A stretch of DNA of 64,000 nt, taken from sequence record KY794643.1; one strand, 5' to 3'. The notes beneath the pieces are model-generated. The model did no database searches, was not told the origin of the DNA, and saw only the letters and a program-made list of their open reading frames with translations. Made by a program: the position numbers and the translations under genes. This document shows, one piece after another, positions 11,717 through 22,282 of the stretch. Position 1 is the stretch's first letter. Each line of letters begins with the position of its first letter. This stretch comes from Staphylococcus phage vB_Sau_S24.

Positions 11717-12088
11717 ATGGCTAGACATTTTGATATAGGTAGAGACGAGATAGTATTACATCTTAGAGATGGTAAATACATTACAGGATTTACAACGGCA
11801 GGGGCTTATGATGACGACTTTGGGCAGATAAAAATTAATAGGGAAATTTTACCTGCTTACTTCTTTGATAACTTTGCCTATGAAAGATACTTGTATTATA
11901 GTAAACCTGAAGAGGTTATTGAAAATAAAAACTATGTGCCCCCTCAAAACAATAGTGTTGAGGAGGCTCAACAAAATACTGTACCTAAAGAACAATATGA
12001 TAGTTTAAAAGAAGAGCTAGAACTTATGAAAAAACAACAAGAAGACATGATGAAAATGATTCAACAACTTTTAGGTCAAAAGGGGTAA
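11717..12088 (+). CDS. putative tail-fibre assembly/chaperone protein
   Basis: 123-aa ORF with SD, wedged between two fibre genes; C-terminal coiled-coil (KEELELMKKQQEDMMKMIQQL). Confidence 0.3.
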   Translation: MARHFDIGRDEIVLHLRDGKYITGFTTAGAYDDDFGQIKINREILPAYFFDNFAYERYLYYSKPEEVIENKNYVPPQNNSVEEAQQNTVPKEQYDSLKEELELMKKQQEDMMKMIQQLLGQKG

Positions 12089-12094
12089 TAATAA

Positions 12095-13468
12095 ATGGCA
12101 TTAAACTTTACTACAATAACAGAGAACAATGTTATCAGAGACCTGACTACCCAGGTAAATAATATTGGTGAAGAATTAACAAAAGAAAGAAATATATTTG
12201 ACATTACAGACGATTTAGTATATAATTTTAATAAATCACAGAAAGTTAAATTAACAGATGATAAGGGTTTATCTAAATCTTATGGTAGTATAACTGTAAT
12301 TAGGGATATAAAAGAAGCAGGGTATTATTATATAAATGCAAGAACATTAGCAATGCTAACAGATAAACCTGATATGGAATCTATTGATGTAGTACTTCAA
12401 GTACTACCTTTAGAATCCTCTACTAGAGTAATACAACACTTATATACTCTCTCTACTAATAACAGTCAAATTCGAACTATGTATAGATTTGTTTCAGGAA
12501 ACTCAAGTTCAGAGTGGCAATTTATTCAGGGATTACCGAGTAATAAAAATTCTGTTATATCAGGTTCTAATGTTGATGATTTAGCTTCTCCGGGTGTATA
12601 CTTTGTTACAGGTATGACGGGGGGAATGCCTAGTGGCGTTACTTCAGGTTTCTTAGATTTAAATGTAGATGCTAACGATAATAGAGTAGCTAAGATAACT
12701 GATATTGAAACAGGAAAAGTGTATACTAAAACTAAGAAATCTTCCGGTTCATACACTGAGTGGGCTAAAGAATTTGAACCAACAGATATGCAAAAGTATT
12801 TGTTAGGTAGAATAAAAGATGATGGTAATGTAACATTCCCATTAATGGTTTATACTTCAGATAATAAAACATTCCAACAAGCTGTATTAGACCATGTTAG
12901 TAAAACGGAACAAACTATGTTTACCTTCTATGTTCAAGGAGGAGTAACCGGTTCACCTATGTCTAATAGCTGTAGAGGTATTTTTATTTCGGATACCCCT
13001 AACATTGATAGTTTCCACGGTGTATATAATGCAATAGGAACGGACGGTAGGAATGTTACAGGTTCGGTAGTTAGTGGTAACTGGACTTCACCAAAAACAT
13101 CACCATCACATAAAGAATTATGGACTGGAGCTCAATCATTTTTATCTAAAACATCTAAAGAGATGAAGGATGATATAAGTAATTACTCCTATGTAGAAAT
13201 ATATACGAAACATAAAACAGTAGAGAAAAATCTAGGTAGTGATGATACAGGAACAATTTGCCATAAGTTTTATCTAGATGGTAGTAATGCTTATGTTTGC
13301 TCAGGAACGTTTGTTTCCGGAGAGAGAACAGACACATCAGTTCCTGTTACAGAATTCTATAGAGTAAGTATTAATTTTTCAGGAACAACTTGGAAAATAA
13401 CAGGTAGTGCAGTACAAAATAATAAAACTCAATACGTTACAAGAATTATAGGTATTAATATGCCATAG
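12095..13468 (+). CDS. tail fibre / receptor-binding protein paralogue (457 aa)
   Basis: N-terminal motif shared with 9790 ORF; followed by terminator hairpin and a strong promoter. Confidence 0.45.
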   Translation: MALNFTTITENNVIRDLTTQVNNIGEELTKERNIFDITDDLVYNFNKSQKVKLTDDKGLSKSYGSITVIRDIKEAGYYYINARTLAMLTDKPDMESIDVVLQVLPLESSTRVIQHLYTLSTNNSQIRTMYRFVSGNSSSEWQFIQGLPSNKNSVISGSNVDDLASPGVYFVTGMTGGMPSGVTSGFLDLNVDANDNRVAKITDIETGKVYTKTKKSSGSYTEWAKEFEPTDMQKYLLGRIKDDGNVTFPLMVYTSDNKTFQQAVLDHVSKTEQTMFTFYVQGGVTGSPMSNSCRGIFISDTPNIDSFHGVYNAIGTDGRNVTGSVVSGNWTSPKTSPSHKELWTGAQSFLSKTSKEMKDDISNYSYVEIYTKHKTVEKNLGSDDTGTICHKFYLDGSNAYVCSGTFVSGERTDTSVPVTEFYRVSINFSGTTWKITGSAVQNNKTQYVTRIIGINMP

Positions 13469-13496
13469 ACTAGGATAAACTCCTAGTCTTTTTTTC
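13467..13496 (+). terminator. rho-independent terminator
   Basis: AGACTAGGA-taaac-TCCTAGTCT plus T7. Confidence 0.7.
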
Positions 13497-13525
13497 TTGA
13501 CTTAATAAGTATTCTATGGTATACT
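13497..13525 (+). promoter_or_regulatory. sigma70-type promoter TTGACT-N17-TGgTATACT upstream of helicase gene
   Basis: -35 13497-13502 directly abuts terminator T-tract; -10 13520-13525. Confidence 0.6.
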
Positions 13526-13556
13526 ATAATTCGTGTAAGGATATAAGGAGATTAAA

Positions 13557-15305
13557 ATGAGATTAAGAATTAAGAACTTATATACCTATGTAGAATTTGA
13601 GGAGGATGATAAATACTTAAAAGATATATTTTTAAAGAGAGTCCATACGACTATAGGAGCACGCCAAGAAGGATTTCAATATAGTCCTGCTTATAAGAGA
13701 GGTAGTTGGGATGGTTACGTAGACTTTTATGTTTATGAAGAAGATAAATTTCCTACTGGACTTTTATTTAAGATTGAGTTATTATTAGGTGAGTTACAAT
13801 CAAGGTATAACTTCCAGTTTGAAACGATTGATGAACGTGATGAAAGTTTCTTAGCTGAAGAAGATATTGATGATGAGATAACCTTACTCGATAATAATAT
13901 TGGTCAAATTACTTTAAGAGACTATCAATACGAAGCAGTCTACAATAGTTTAACATTCTATAATGGTATTGCTCACTTAGCTACTAACGGGGGTAAAACA
14001 GAAGTTGCTAGTGGTATTATAGACCAACTATTACCTCAGTTAGAAAAAGGAGAAAGAGTAGCATTTTTCACAGGCTCTACAGAGATATTCCATCAATCTG
14101 CAGACAGGTTAAAAGAACGACTAAATATTCCTATTGGTAAAGTAGGGGCAGGTAAGTTTGATGTTAAACAGGTTACAGTTGTAATGATACCTACATTAAA
14201 TGCAAATCTCAAAGACCCTACACAAGGAGTTAAAGTCACACCTAAACAAAACATTAGTAAAAAGATTGCTCAAGAGATATTACCTAAATTTGAAGGTGGT
14301 ACCAATCAAAAGAAATTACTTAAAGTATTACTTGATAACACAACACCTAAAACAAAGGTAGAGCAAAATGTATTAAATGTTTTAGAACTAATTTATCAAA
14401 ACAGTAAAACTGATGCAGAGGTCTTATTAAACTTAAAGAAACATAATGCTCATTTCCAAAAAGTTGTTAGAGAGAAGAATGAGAAGAAATATGATAAATA
14501 TCAAGATATGAGAGACTTTTTAGATTCAGTGACTGTTATGATAGTTGATGAAGCACATCACTCTAAATCTGATTCTTGGTATAATAATCTAATGACTTGT
14601 GAAAAAGCTTTGTATAGGATTGCACTAACAGGTTCTATAGATAAGAAAGATGAGTTACTATGGATGAGACTACAGGCTTTATTTGGTAATGTTATAGCTA
14701 GAACTACTAACAAGTTCTTGATTGATGAAGGACATTCTGCTAGACCGACAATAAATATTATACCAGTAGCTAATCCTAATGATATAGATAGAATTGATGA
14801 TTACAGGGAAGCTTACGATAAAGGTATAACAAATAATGATTTTAGGAATAAACTTATTGCAAAACTAACAGAAAAGTGGTATAATCAAGATAAAGGAACA
14901 TTAATCATTGTAAACTTCATAGAACACGGAGATACAATATCCGAGATGTTAAATGATTTAGATGTAGAGCACTACTTCTTACATGGAGAAATCGACTCTG
15001 ATACTAGAAGAGAAAAACTAAATGACATGAGAAGTGGTAAGCTTAAAGTAATGATAGCTACATCACTTATTGATGAGGGTGTAGACATATCAGGTATTAA
15101 TGCACTAATATTAGGTGCAGGAGGTAAATCATTAAGACAGACACTACAACGTATTGGTCGTGCTTTACGTAAGAAGAAAGATGACAATACAACACAAATA
15201 TTTGATTTTAATGATATGACAAATAGATTTTTATATACTCATGCTAATGAGCGTAGGAAAATTTATGAAGAGGAAGATTTTGAAATAAAAGACTTAGGAA
15301 AATAG
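13557..15305 (+). CDS. SF2 DEAH-box DNA helicase
   Basis: 582 aa; Walker A-like 'ATNGGKTEVA', 'MIVDEAHH' DEAH box, C-terminal 'TSLIDEGVDI' and 'QRIGRALR' motifs (helicase motifs V/VI). Confidence 0.7.
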   Translation: MRLRIKNLYTYVEFEEDDKYLKDIFLKRVHTTIGARQEGFQYSPAYKRGSWDGYVDFYVYEEDKFPTGLLFKIELLLGELQSRYNFQFETIDERDESFLAEEDIDDEITLLDNNIGQITLRDYQYEAVYNSLTFYNGIAHLATNGGKTEVASGIIDQLLPQLEKGERVAFFTGSTEIFHQSADRLKERLNIPIGKVGAGKFDVKQVTVVMIPTLNANLKDPTQGVKVTPKQNISKKIAQEILPKFEGGTNQKKLLKVLLDNTTPKTKVEQNVLNVLELIYQNSKTDAEVLLNLKKHNAHFQKVVREKNEKKYDKYQDMRDFLDSVTVMIVDEAHHSKSDSWYNNLMTCEKALYRIALTGSIDKKDELLWMRLQALFGNVIARTTNKFLIDEGHSARPTINIIPVANPNDIDRIDDYREAYDKGITNNDFRNKLIAKLTEKWYNQDKGTLIIVNFIEHGDTISEMLNDLDVEHYFLHGEIDSDTRREKLNDMRSGKLKVMIATSLIDEGVDISGINALILGAGGKSLRQTLQRIGRALRKKKDDNTTQIFDFNDMTNRFLYTHANERRKIYEEEDFEIKDLGK

Positions 15306-15316
15306 GAGGGTAAGAG

Positions 15317-16930
15317 ATGGCAACAAAAACACAACGAAAGTTATACCAATATCTAGAAGAAAATGCTACAGAAAATAAATTTCATATTTCTACTAAGAAA
15401 GAACTAGCAGATTCTCTAGACGTTTCCATCTCTGCTTTATCCAATAACCTTAAAAAGTTAGAAGAAGAAAATAAAATTGTTACTGTATCTAAAAGAGGTA
15501 AAAATGGTGGGGTAGTAATAACTTTAGTTAGAGAATATGACACAGAAGAATTGAAAGAATTTAATAACTCTACAGATAATATTATTACTTCTGATTTACA
15601 GTATGCTAAAGCATTAAGAGAACAGCATTACCCTTCATATAGATATGAGAGAAAAGAACAAAGAAGACGTACAAAATTAGAAATGGCACAATATAATGCT
15701 ATTAAAGATGAGAAAAGAAAGATTATATCTGATATGAATTTTCATTCAGAAGGTCTTCCTTACCCTTCTAAGGAAGTTTTTAATATGTCTTATGACCCTG
15801 AAGGATTTTATAAAGCCTATATACTTTGTAAGCTCTATGACCAGTATGCTATCTCTCATATGGATGCTAAACATACTAGTCACCTTAAAGCAATGAATAA
15901 GGCAACAACTAAAGATGACTATGATTACCACCAACATATGTCTGAATACTATAGAAATAAAATGATTCAGAACTTACCTAGAAATAGTGTAAGTGATAAT
16001 TTCTTTGGTAGTAAAACATTTAATACCTTTTATAATTTTTATTTAAAAATAAAAGATAAAAATATTAATGTATTTAAATATATGCAAAACGTATTTAAGA
16101 ACGTAACATTTTATTATGAGAACGGTATGCAACCTAATCCAATACCTTCTCCTAACTTCTTTAGTTCAGATAAGTATTTTAAAAACTATAATAATTATAT
16201 TAAGGGAATAAAAAAAGGTGTTAACAATACAAATAGACACCTAGGAGATACAGATAGTATTATTAATTCATCAGACTACGTTAAGAATCCTGCTGTATTA
16301 CATTTACATCAATTATACACTACAGGGTTAAATTCTAACTTACATGATATTGATACTATGTTTGAACAAGCCTTAGACCTTGAGAATGCTTCTTATGGAT
16401 TATTTGGAGATATGAAACATATTATTTTACTACAATATAATTCTATGATTGAAGAAGAAATTAAGAACCTACCTACAGAAGAGAAAAGTATCATTAATAA
16501 ATATGTAAAACAATGCATAATTAATGATTACTCTCCAACAAGTATATCACCATCTGCAAGGTTATCAATGTTTACTATGCAGAAAGAGCATATAGTTTAT
16601 GATAAACAGTTAAACAAAGGAATCAAAAGAGAAGATTTATTACCGATAAGTCTAGGAGGTATAGTGAATAGAAATTCACTGAGTGGTATGGATATACAAA
16701 ACTTAGAACAGAACGGTAATGAGTATCTTTATATGAGACAACATACTTCAACTTATTATATACTAAGAATGTTTGGTGATTACCTAGGGTATGAAGTAAA
16801 CCTAAGAGAAGTAAAATATATTATAGAAAAATATAATTTAATTGATAAAATACCATTGACAAAAGAAGGTATGTTGGATTATAATAAACTTATACATTTA
16901 GTAGAGGAAGAGGTTAATAACTATGAGTAA
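15317..16930 (+). CDS. replication-associated DNA-binding protein (N-terminal winged HTH, Rep-like)
   Basis: 537 aa; N-terminus 'LYQYLEENATENKFHISTKKELADSLDVSISALSNNLKKLEEENKI' is MarR/wHTH-like; located between two helicases. Confidence 0.4.
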   Translation: MATKTQRKLYQYLEENATENKFHISTKKELADSLDVSISALSNNLKKLEEENKIVTVSKRGKNGGVVITLVREYDTEELKEFNNSTDNIITSDLQYAKALREQHYPSYRYERKEQRRRTKLEMAQYNAIKDEKRKIISDMNFHSEGLPYPSKEVFNMSYDPEGFYKAYILCKLYDQYAISHMDAKHTSHLKAMNKATTKDDYDYHQHMSEYYRNKMIQNLPRNSVSDNFFGSKTFNTFYNFYLKIKDKNINVFKYMQNVFKNVTFYYENGMQPNPIPSPNFFSSDKYFKNYNNYIKGIKKGVNNTNRHLGDTDSIINSSDYVKNPAVLHLHQLYTTGLNSNLHDIDTMFEQALDLENASYGLFGDMKHIILLQYNSMIEEEIKNLPTEEKSIINKYVKQCIINDYSPTSISPSARLSMFTMQKEHIVYDKQLNKGIKREDLLPISLGGIVNRNSLSGMDIQNLEQNGNEYLYMRQHTSTYYILRMFGDYLGYEVNLREVKYIIEKYNLIDKIPLTKEGMLDYNKLIHLVEEEVNNYE

Positions 16931-18365
16931 AAAGATAAAGGAGCTTATTCTTCATAAATCAATGAAGGATATACATTTTGCAAGAGAAGTACTAGATAAC
17001 TTACCTAAGAACCTATTTTCAGCAGAATCTGAAGATATGGGTTACTTATTTACAGCTATAAAGAGAACAGCACACATTTCCGATAAGATGTCAAATGAAG
17101 CGTTAGCAATTAAAATAGAACAGCTTATGGGTAATAATAAGGAAGATGAAGAGAGAGTAACTAAAACTCTAACTTACTTAGAGGATTTATACAAAGTAGA
17201 TGTTAATGATAAAGATGAATCTGTTAATTATGAAATAGATAAATATATTAAAACAGAAATGTCTAAGGAAGTATTAGTTAAGTTTATTGCAGAAAATAAA
17301 CAAGAAGATTCAGACAACTTACATGAGCTTGTAGATAAGCTAAAACAAATAGAGGTAAGTGATATTTCAGGTGGTAATGGGGAATTTATTGATTTCTTCG
17401 AAGATACTGAAAAGAAACAGGAACTATTAAGTAATTTAGCTACAAATAAATTCTCTACTGGATTTACTTCTATTGATAACCACATTGAAGGTGGTATAGC
17501 AAGAGGAGAGGTTGGATTAATTATAGCTCCAACTGGTAGAGGTAAGTCATTAATGGCTTCTAACTTAGCTAAAAACTATGTGAAGAGTGGGTTAAGTGTT
17601 CTATACATTGCATTAGAGGAAAAAATGGATAGAATGGTTTTACGTGCAGAACAACAAATGGCAGGAGCAGAAAAGAGTCAAATTGTAAATCAAGATATGT
17701 CTTTAAATAATAAGGTTTATGATGCAATACAAAATCATTATCAGAAGAATAGAAAGTTATTAGGTGACTTTTATATTTCTAAACACATGCCAGGTGAAGT
17801 TACACCAAACCAATTAGAGCAAATTATTGTTAATACTACAATTAAGAAAGATAAGAATATTGATGTTGTTATCATTGACTATCCTCATCTAATGAGAAAT
17901 CCACATGCTAAGTATCATTCAGAATCAGATGCAGGAGGAAAACTGTTTGAAGACATTCGTAGGTTATCACAGCAATATGGATTTGTATGTTGGACTTTAG
18001 CTCAGACTAACCGTGGAGCTTATGGTTCAGATGTTATCACAAGTGAGCACGTTGAAGGTTCTCGTAAGATTGTCAATGCCGTTGAGGTATCATTAGCAGT
18101 AAACCAAAAAGATGAAGAATTCAAGAGCGGTTTCTTGAGATTGTACCTGGATAAAGTTCGTAACAGTTCTAATACAGGAGAACGATTTGTTAATCTTAAA
18201 GTAGAACCAACTAAGATGATTGTAAGAGATGAAACACCGGAAGAAAAACAAGAACATATTCAATTGTTATCTGACAATGGGAAAGAAGATACAAGTAAAT
18301 TCCAAGCTAAAGATAATAAAATAGAAGCTATAAATAATACATTCGGAGGATTACCTGGAATTTAA
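16923..18365 (+). CDS. DnaB-like replicative helicase
   Basis: 480 aa; 'GLIIAPTGRGKSLMASNLA' Walker A in RecA-like C-terminal domain, 'VVIIDYPHLM' Walker B-like; overlaps upstream gene by 8 nt. Confidence 0.65.
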   Translation: MSKKIKELILHKSMKDIHFAREVLDNLPKNLFSAESEDMGYLFTAIKRTAHISDKMSNEALAIKIEQLMGNNKEDEERVTKTLTYLEDLYKVDVNDKDESVNYEIDKYIKTEMSKEVLVKFIAENKQEDSDNLHELVDKLKQIEVSDISGGNGEFIDFFEDTEKKQELLSNLATNKFSTGFTSIDNHIEGGIARGEVGLIIAPTGRGKSLMASNLAKNYVKSGLSVLYIALEEKMDRMVLRAEQQMAGAEKSQIVNQDMSLNNKVYDAIQNHYQKNRKLLGDFYISKHMPGEVTPNQLEQIIVNTTIKKDKNIDVVIIDYPHLMRNPHAKYHSESDAGGKLFEDIRRLSQQYGFVCWTLAQTNRGAYGSDVITSEHVEGSRKIVNAVEVSLAVNQKDEEFKSGFLRLYLDKVRNSSNTGERFVNLKVEPTKMIVRDETPEEKQEHIQLLSDNGKEDTSKFQAKDNKIEAINNTFGGLPGI

Positions 18366-18383
18366 ATTTTTAACCTATACCAC

Positions 18384-18412
18384 TTGACATTTTATATGTT
18401 AGGTGGTATAAT
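18384..18412 (+). promoter_or_regulatory. sigma70-type promoter TTGACA-N17-TGgTATAAT
   Basis: perfect -35 and extended -10. Confidence 0.65.
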
Positions 18413-18443
18413 TGTTTTATAAACAAAAAAGGAGAGATTTATA

Positions 18444-18725
18444 ATGAGAAATTTAGACCCATTAAATAATTTTAAATACTTTAATAACACTAAACCCGAA
18501 GGATATGTTGTATTTTTAACAAGTGAGACAGAAACTAAAGGGATGACAATTGAAGTAGCAAGCCCGCAAGATAGAGTGTTTGAGCTTGAGTATAAACCAA
18601 ATACAATTATTTTAACAGATAACAATAATATAATAACTACTTATGCAAATGATGTAGATACTTCATCTGATGAACTAGAACACCATATAAACAAACTTAT
18701 TGAAGAGGATTTGGAGGATAAGTAA
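18444..18725 (+). CDS. hypothetical protein (93 aa)
   Basis: SD AAAAAGGAGAG; driven by consensus promoter at 18384-18412. Confidence 0.4.
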   Translation: MRNLDPLNNFKYFNNTKPEGYVVFLTSETETKGMTIEVASPQDRVFELEYKPNTIILTDNNNIITTYANDVDTSSDELEHHINKLIEEDLEDK

Positions 18726-19753
18726 TGAAATTTATATTTTTCACAGATAGTCATTTTCATTTATTTACAAACTATGCAAAACCTGATGAAGATTATGTAA
18801 ATGATAGATTTAAAGAGCAGATAGAAGCATTACAGAAAGTGTTTGATATTGCTAGAGAAGAAGAAGCTACTGTTATTTTTGGAGGAGACCTGTTTCATAA
18901 ACGTAACTCAGTAGATACTAGAGTGTATAATAAAGTCTTTGAAACATTTGCTAGTAACCAGGACATTAAAGTTTATATGGTTAGGGGAAATCATGATGCT
19001 GTGAGTAACTCATTATATACTGATTCAAGTATAGATATATTTGAAACGTTACCTAACGTAGAAGTAACTAAATCTTTACGAAGTGAACCTTTGAGTGATA
19101 CAGTACAACTAACAACGTGTGCTTACGGGGATGAGACTGAAGAGATTAAAGAGTTTATTAAAAAGAGTTACCAAGAAGGTAAAGTAAATGTTCTAGTAGG
19201 TCATTTAGGCGTAGAAGGGTCTTTAACTGGTAAAGGCTCTCATAGATTAGAAGGTGCTTTCGGTTATCCTGATTTATTACCTGATAACTATGCTTTTATC
19301 CTATTAGGACACTACCATAGAAGACAATATTTCAAAAACCCAAACCATTTTTATGGAGGCTCATTAATGCAACAGTCATTTTCTGATGAGCAAGAAGCTA
19401 ATGGTGTTCATTTAATAGATACGGAAAAGATGACTGCAGAATTCATTCCAATCCATACACGTAGATTTATTACTATCCAGGGAGAAGATATACCTGAAAA
19501 CTTTGACCAATTAATAGATGAAGATAATTTTATTAGACTTATTGGTACTTCAAACCATGCTAAGGTGTTAGAAATGGATGACAGTATGAAGGATAAAAAT
19601 GTTGAAGTTCAGATTAAAAAAGAGTATACTGTAGAGAAACGTATAGAAAGTGATGTATCTGATGACCCATTAACAATTGCTAGTACTTATGCTAAGCAAT
19701 ATTCACCTGAATCAGAACAAGAAATACTTGAATGCTTGAAGGAGGTTCTATAA
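18725..19753 (+). CDS. sbcD: Mre11/SbcD-like nuclease (calcineurin-like phosphoesterase)
   Basis: 342 aa; motifs 'FFTDSHFH', 'GGDLFH', 'VRGNHD', 'GHYH' diagnostic of Mre11/SbcD. Confidence 0.75.
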   Translation: MKFIFFTDSHFHLFTNYAKPDEDYVNDRFKEQIEALQKVFDIAREEEATVIFGGDLFHKRNSVDTRVYNKVFETFASNQDIKVYMVRGNHDAVSNSLYTDSSIDIFETLPNVEVTKSLRSEPLSDTVQLTTCAYGDETEEIKEFIKKSYQEGKVNVLVGHLGVEGSLTGKGSHRLEGAFGYPDLLPDNYAFILLGHYHRRQYFKNPNHFYGGSLMQQSFSDEQEANGVHLIDTEKMTAEFIPIHTRRFITIQGEDIPENFDQLIDEDNFIRLIGTSNHAKVLEMDDSMKDKNVEVQIKKEYTVEKRIESDVSDDPLTIASTYAKQYSPESEQEILECLKEVL

Positions 19754-21672
19754 TGGTAGTATTTAAACAAGTAGAAGTTAATAATTTTTTAGCAATTAAA
19801 GAGGCTACATTAGAGTTAGAGAGTAGAGGTTTAATACTTATTGAAGGTGAGAATAAATCCAATGAGTCATTCCACTCAAACGGTTCCGGTAAATCAACTT
19901 TAATATCTGCCATCACTTATGCTTTATATGGTAAAACTGAAAAGGGATTAAAAGCAGATGATGTAGTAAATAACATTGAAAAAAAAAATACATCTGTTAA
20001 ACTTAAGTTTGATATTGGAGAAGATAGCTATTTAATTGAGCGTTATCGTAAGGATAAAGAGAATAAGAACAAAGTTAAATTGTTTGTTAATGATAAAGAA
20101 ATTACAGGCTCAACAAATGATGTTACTGATAAGCAGATACAGGATTTATTTGGTATTGAGTTTAATACTTACGTTAATGCTATCATGTACGGTCAGGGGG
20201 ACATTCCCATGTTCTCTCAAGCAACAGATAAAGGTAAGAAAGAAATTCTTGAGTCTATCACTAAAACAGATGTATATAAGCAAGCACAAGATGTAGCAAA
20301 AGAGAAAGTTAAAGAAGTAGAAGAACAACAAAATAACCTGAGACAAGAAATAGATAAATTAGGATATCAGTTATCTACAAAAGATGAATACTTTCAAAAG
20401 GAAGTAGAACAGTATAATCAATATAAAGAACAATTGGTTCAGATAGAAAATAGTAATAAAGAGAAAGATAGATTAAGAGAGCAAGAAGAGAAGCAAATAG
20501 AAGCTCAAATAGAGCAATTAACCTCACAGGTACCAACAATACCTGATGAACAATTTAAGCACTCAGAGGACTATAATAAAGCCTCTCAGAGCCTAGATTT
20601 ACTTTCTAATAAATTAACTGAATTAAATCAAGTATATACAGAGTATAATACTAAAGAACAGGTACTGAAATCTGAGATAGCTACATTAAATAATAGCTTA
20701 AACCAGTTAGATACAAACGACCATTGTCCTGTTTGTGGCTCTCCTATAGATAACTCTCATAAATTAAAAGAACAGGAAAATATCAATAATAATATTGAGA
20801 GTAAGAAACAAGAGATTACTAGTGTATTAGGAACGAAAGATACGTATAAGGAAGCTATTGATAAAGTAAATAATAAAGCACAAGAAATTAAAGATAAAAT
20901 GACCCAAGAAGACCAACAAGAACGAGAGCATAATAATAATATTAATAGTCTCATTCAAGAGGCTTCTAAGGTTAAATCAGATATTAGTTCATTAGAAAAT
21001 AATAAAACTTATTTAAAAGTGAAATACCAACATCAATCTGTTCAAGGTTTAGAACGAGAAGAACCGAGTAAAGAAAAACATGAAGAAGATAAAAAAGAAT
21101 TGCAAAATGCTATTGACAAACATGAGGAGAATATAGTACAATTAGAAAGTAAGAAAGGTAAATACCAACAAGCTGTAGATGCTTTTAGTAATAAAGGTAT
21201 ACGTTCAGTAGTGTTAGACTTTATTACACCTTTCTTAAATGAGAAAGCTAATGAGTACCTTCAAACTTTATCAGGTTCAGATATTGAAATAGAATTCCAA
21301 ACTCAAGTGAAGAATGCTAAAGGAGAACTAAAAGATAAGTTTGATGTTATTGTTAAAAATAGCAAAGGCGGAGGTTCGTACAAATCAAACTCAGCAGGAG
21401 AACAAAAACGTATTGACTTAGCAATTAGCTTTGCAATTCAGGATTTAATTATGAGTAAAGATGAGATATCTACAAATATTGCACTTTATGATGAATGTTT
21501 TGATGGGTTAGATACTGTAGGATGTGAAAATGTAATTAAGTTATTAAAGGATAGACTTAATACAGTAGGAACTATATTTGTAATTACCCATAATACAGAA
21601 CTTAAACCGTTGTTTGAACAAACAATTAAAATAATAAAAGAAAACGGAGTATCAAAACTGGAGGAAAAATAA
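19753..21672 (+). CDS. sbcC: Rad50/SbcC-like ATPase with zinc hook
   Basis: start ATG overlaps sbcD stop (TAATG) with GGAGG SD; N-terminal 'NGSGKSTLISAITYALYGK' Walker A, long coiled-coil, central 'CPVCGSP' zinc hook, C-terminal 'ALYDECFDGLD' signature/D-loop. Confidence 0.75.
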   Translation: MVVFKQVEVNNFLAIKEATLELESRGLILIEGENKSNESFHSNGSGKSTLISAITYALYGKTEKGLKADDVVNNIEKKNTSVKLKFDIGEDSYLIERYRKDKENKNKVKLFVNDKEITGSTNDVTDKQIQDLFGIEFNTYVNAIMYGQGDIPMFSQATDKGKKEILESITKTDVYKQAQDVAKEKVKEVEEQQNNLRQEIDKLGYQLSTKDEYFQKEVEQYNQYKEQLVQIENSNKEKDRLREQEEKQIEAQIEQLTSQVPTIPDEQFKHSEDYNKASQSLDLLSNKLTELNQVYTEYNTKEQVLKSEIATLNNSLNQLDTNDHCPVCGSPIDNSHKLKEQENINNNIESKKQEITSVLGTKDTYKEAIDKVNNKAQEIKDKMTQEDQQEREHNNNINSLIQEASKVKSDISSLENNKTYLKVKYQHQSVQGLEREEPSKEKHEEDKKELQNAIDKHEENIVQLESKKGKYQQAVDAFSNKGIRSVVLDFITPFLNEKANEYLQTLSGSDIEIEFQTQVKNAKGELKDKFDVIVKNSKGGGSYKSNSAGEQKRIDLAISFAIQDLIMSKDEISTNIALYDECFDGLDTVGCENVIKLLKDRLNTVGTIFVITHNTELKPLFEQTIKIIKENGVSKLEEK

Positions 21673-22268
21673 TGAAATTAAAGATTTTAGATAAAGAGAA
21701 TGCAACACTTAATGTGTTTCATCGTAATAAGGAGCACAAAACGATAGATAATGTACCTACGGCTAACTTAGTTGATTGGTACCCTTTAAGTAATGCTTAC
21801 GAATACAAGTTAAGTAGAAATGAGGAGTATTTAGAATTAAAAAGGTTACGTTCTACCTTACCTTCTTCTTACGGTTTAGAACATAATGACCAAGATATTA
21901 TTAGAGATAATAATCATAGATGTAAAATAGGGTATTGGTATAACCCTGCAGTACGTAAAGATAATTTAAAGATTATTGAGAAAGCTAAACAATATGGTTT
22001 ACCTGTTATAACAGAAGAATATGATGCTAACATTGTAGAACAAGGGTTCAGAGATATTGGAGTTATATTCCAAAGTCTTAAAACTATTGTTGTTACTAGG
22101 TACCTAGAAGGTAAAACAGAAGAAGAATTAAGAATTTTTAACATGAAATCAGAGGAGTCACAATTAAATGAAGCACTTAAAGAGAGTGATTTTTCTGTAG
22201 ACTTAACTTATAGTGATTTAGGACAGATTTACAATATGTTACTATTGATGAAAAAAATTAGTAAATAG
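21672..22268 (+). CDS. hypothetical 198-aa protein (position and size of Kayvirus anti-sigma factor gp67-like gene)
   Basis: SD GGAGG; located between sbcC and primase as in Twort-like Staphylococcus phages; assignment is positional only. Confidence 0.3.
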   Translation: MKLKILDKENATLNVFHRNKEHKTIDNVPTANLVDWYPLSNAYEYKLSRNEEYLELKRLRSTLPSSYGLEHNDQDIIRDNNHRCKIGYWYNPAVRKDNLKIIEKAKQYGLPVITEEYDANIVEQGFRDIGVIFQSLKTIVVTRYLEGKTEEELRIFNMKSEESQLNEALKESDFSVDLTYSDLGQIYNMLLLMKKISK

Positions 22269-22282
22269 TAAGGAAGGATATT

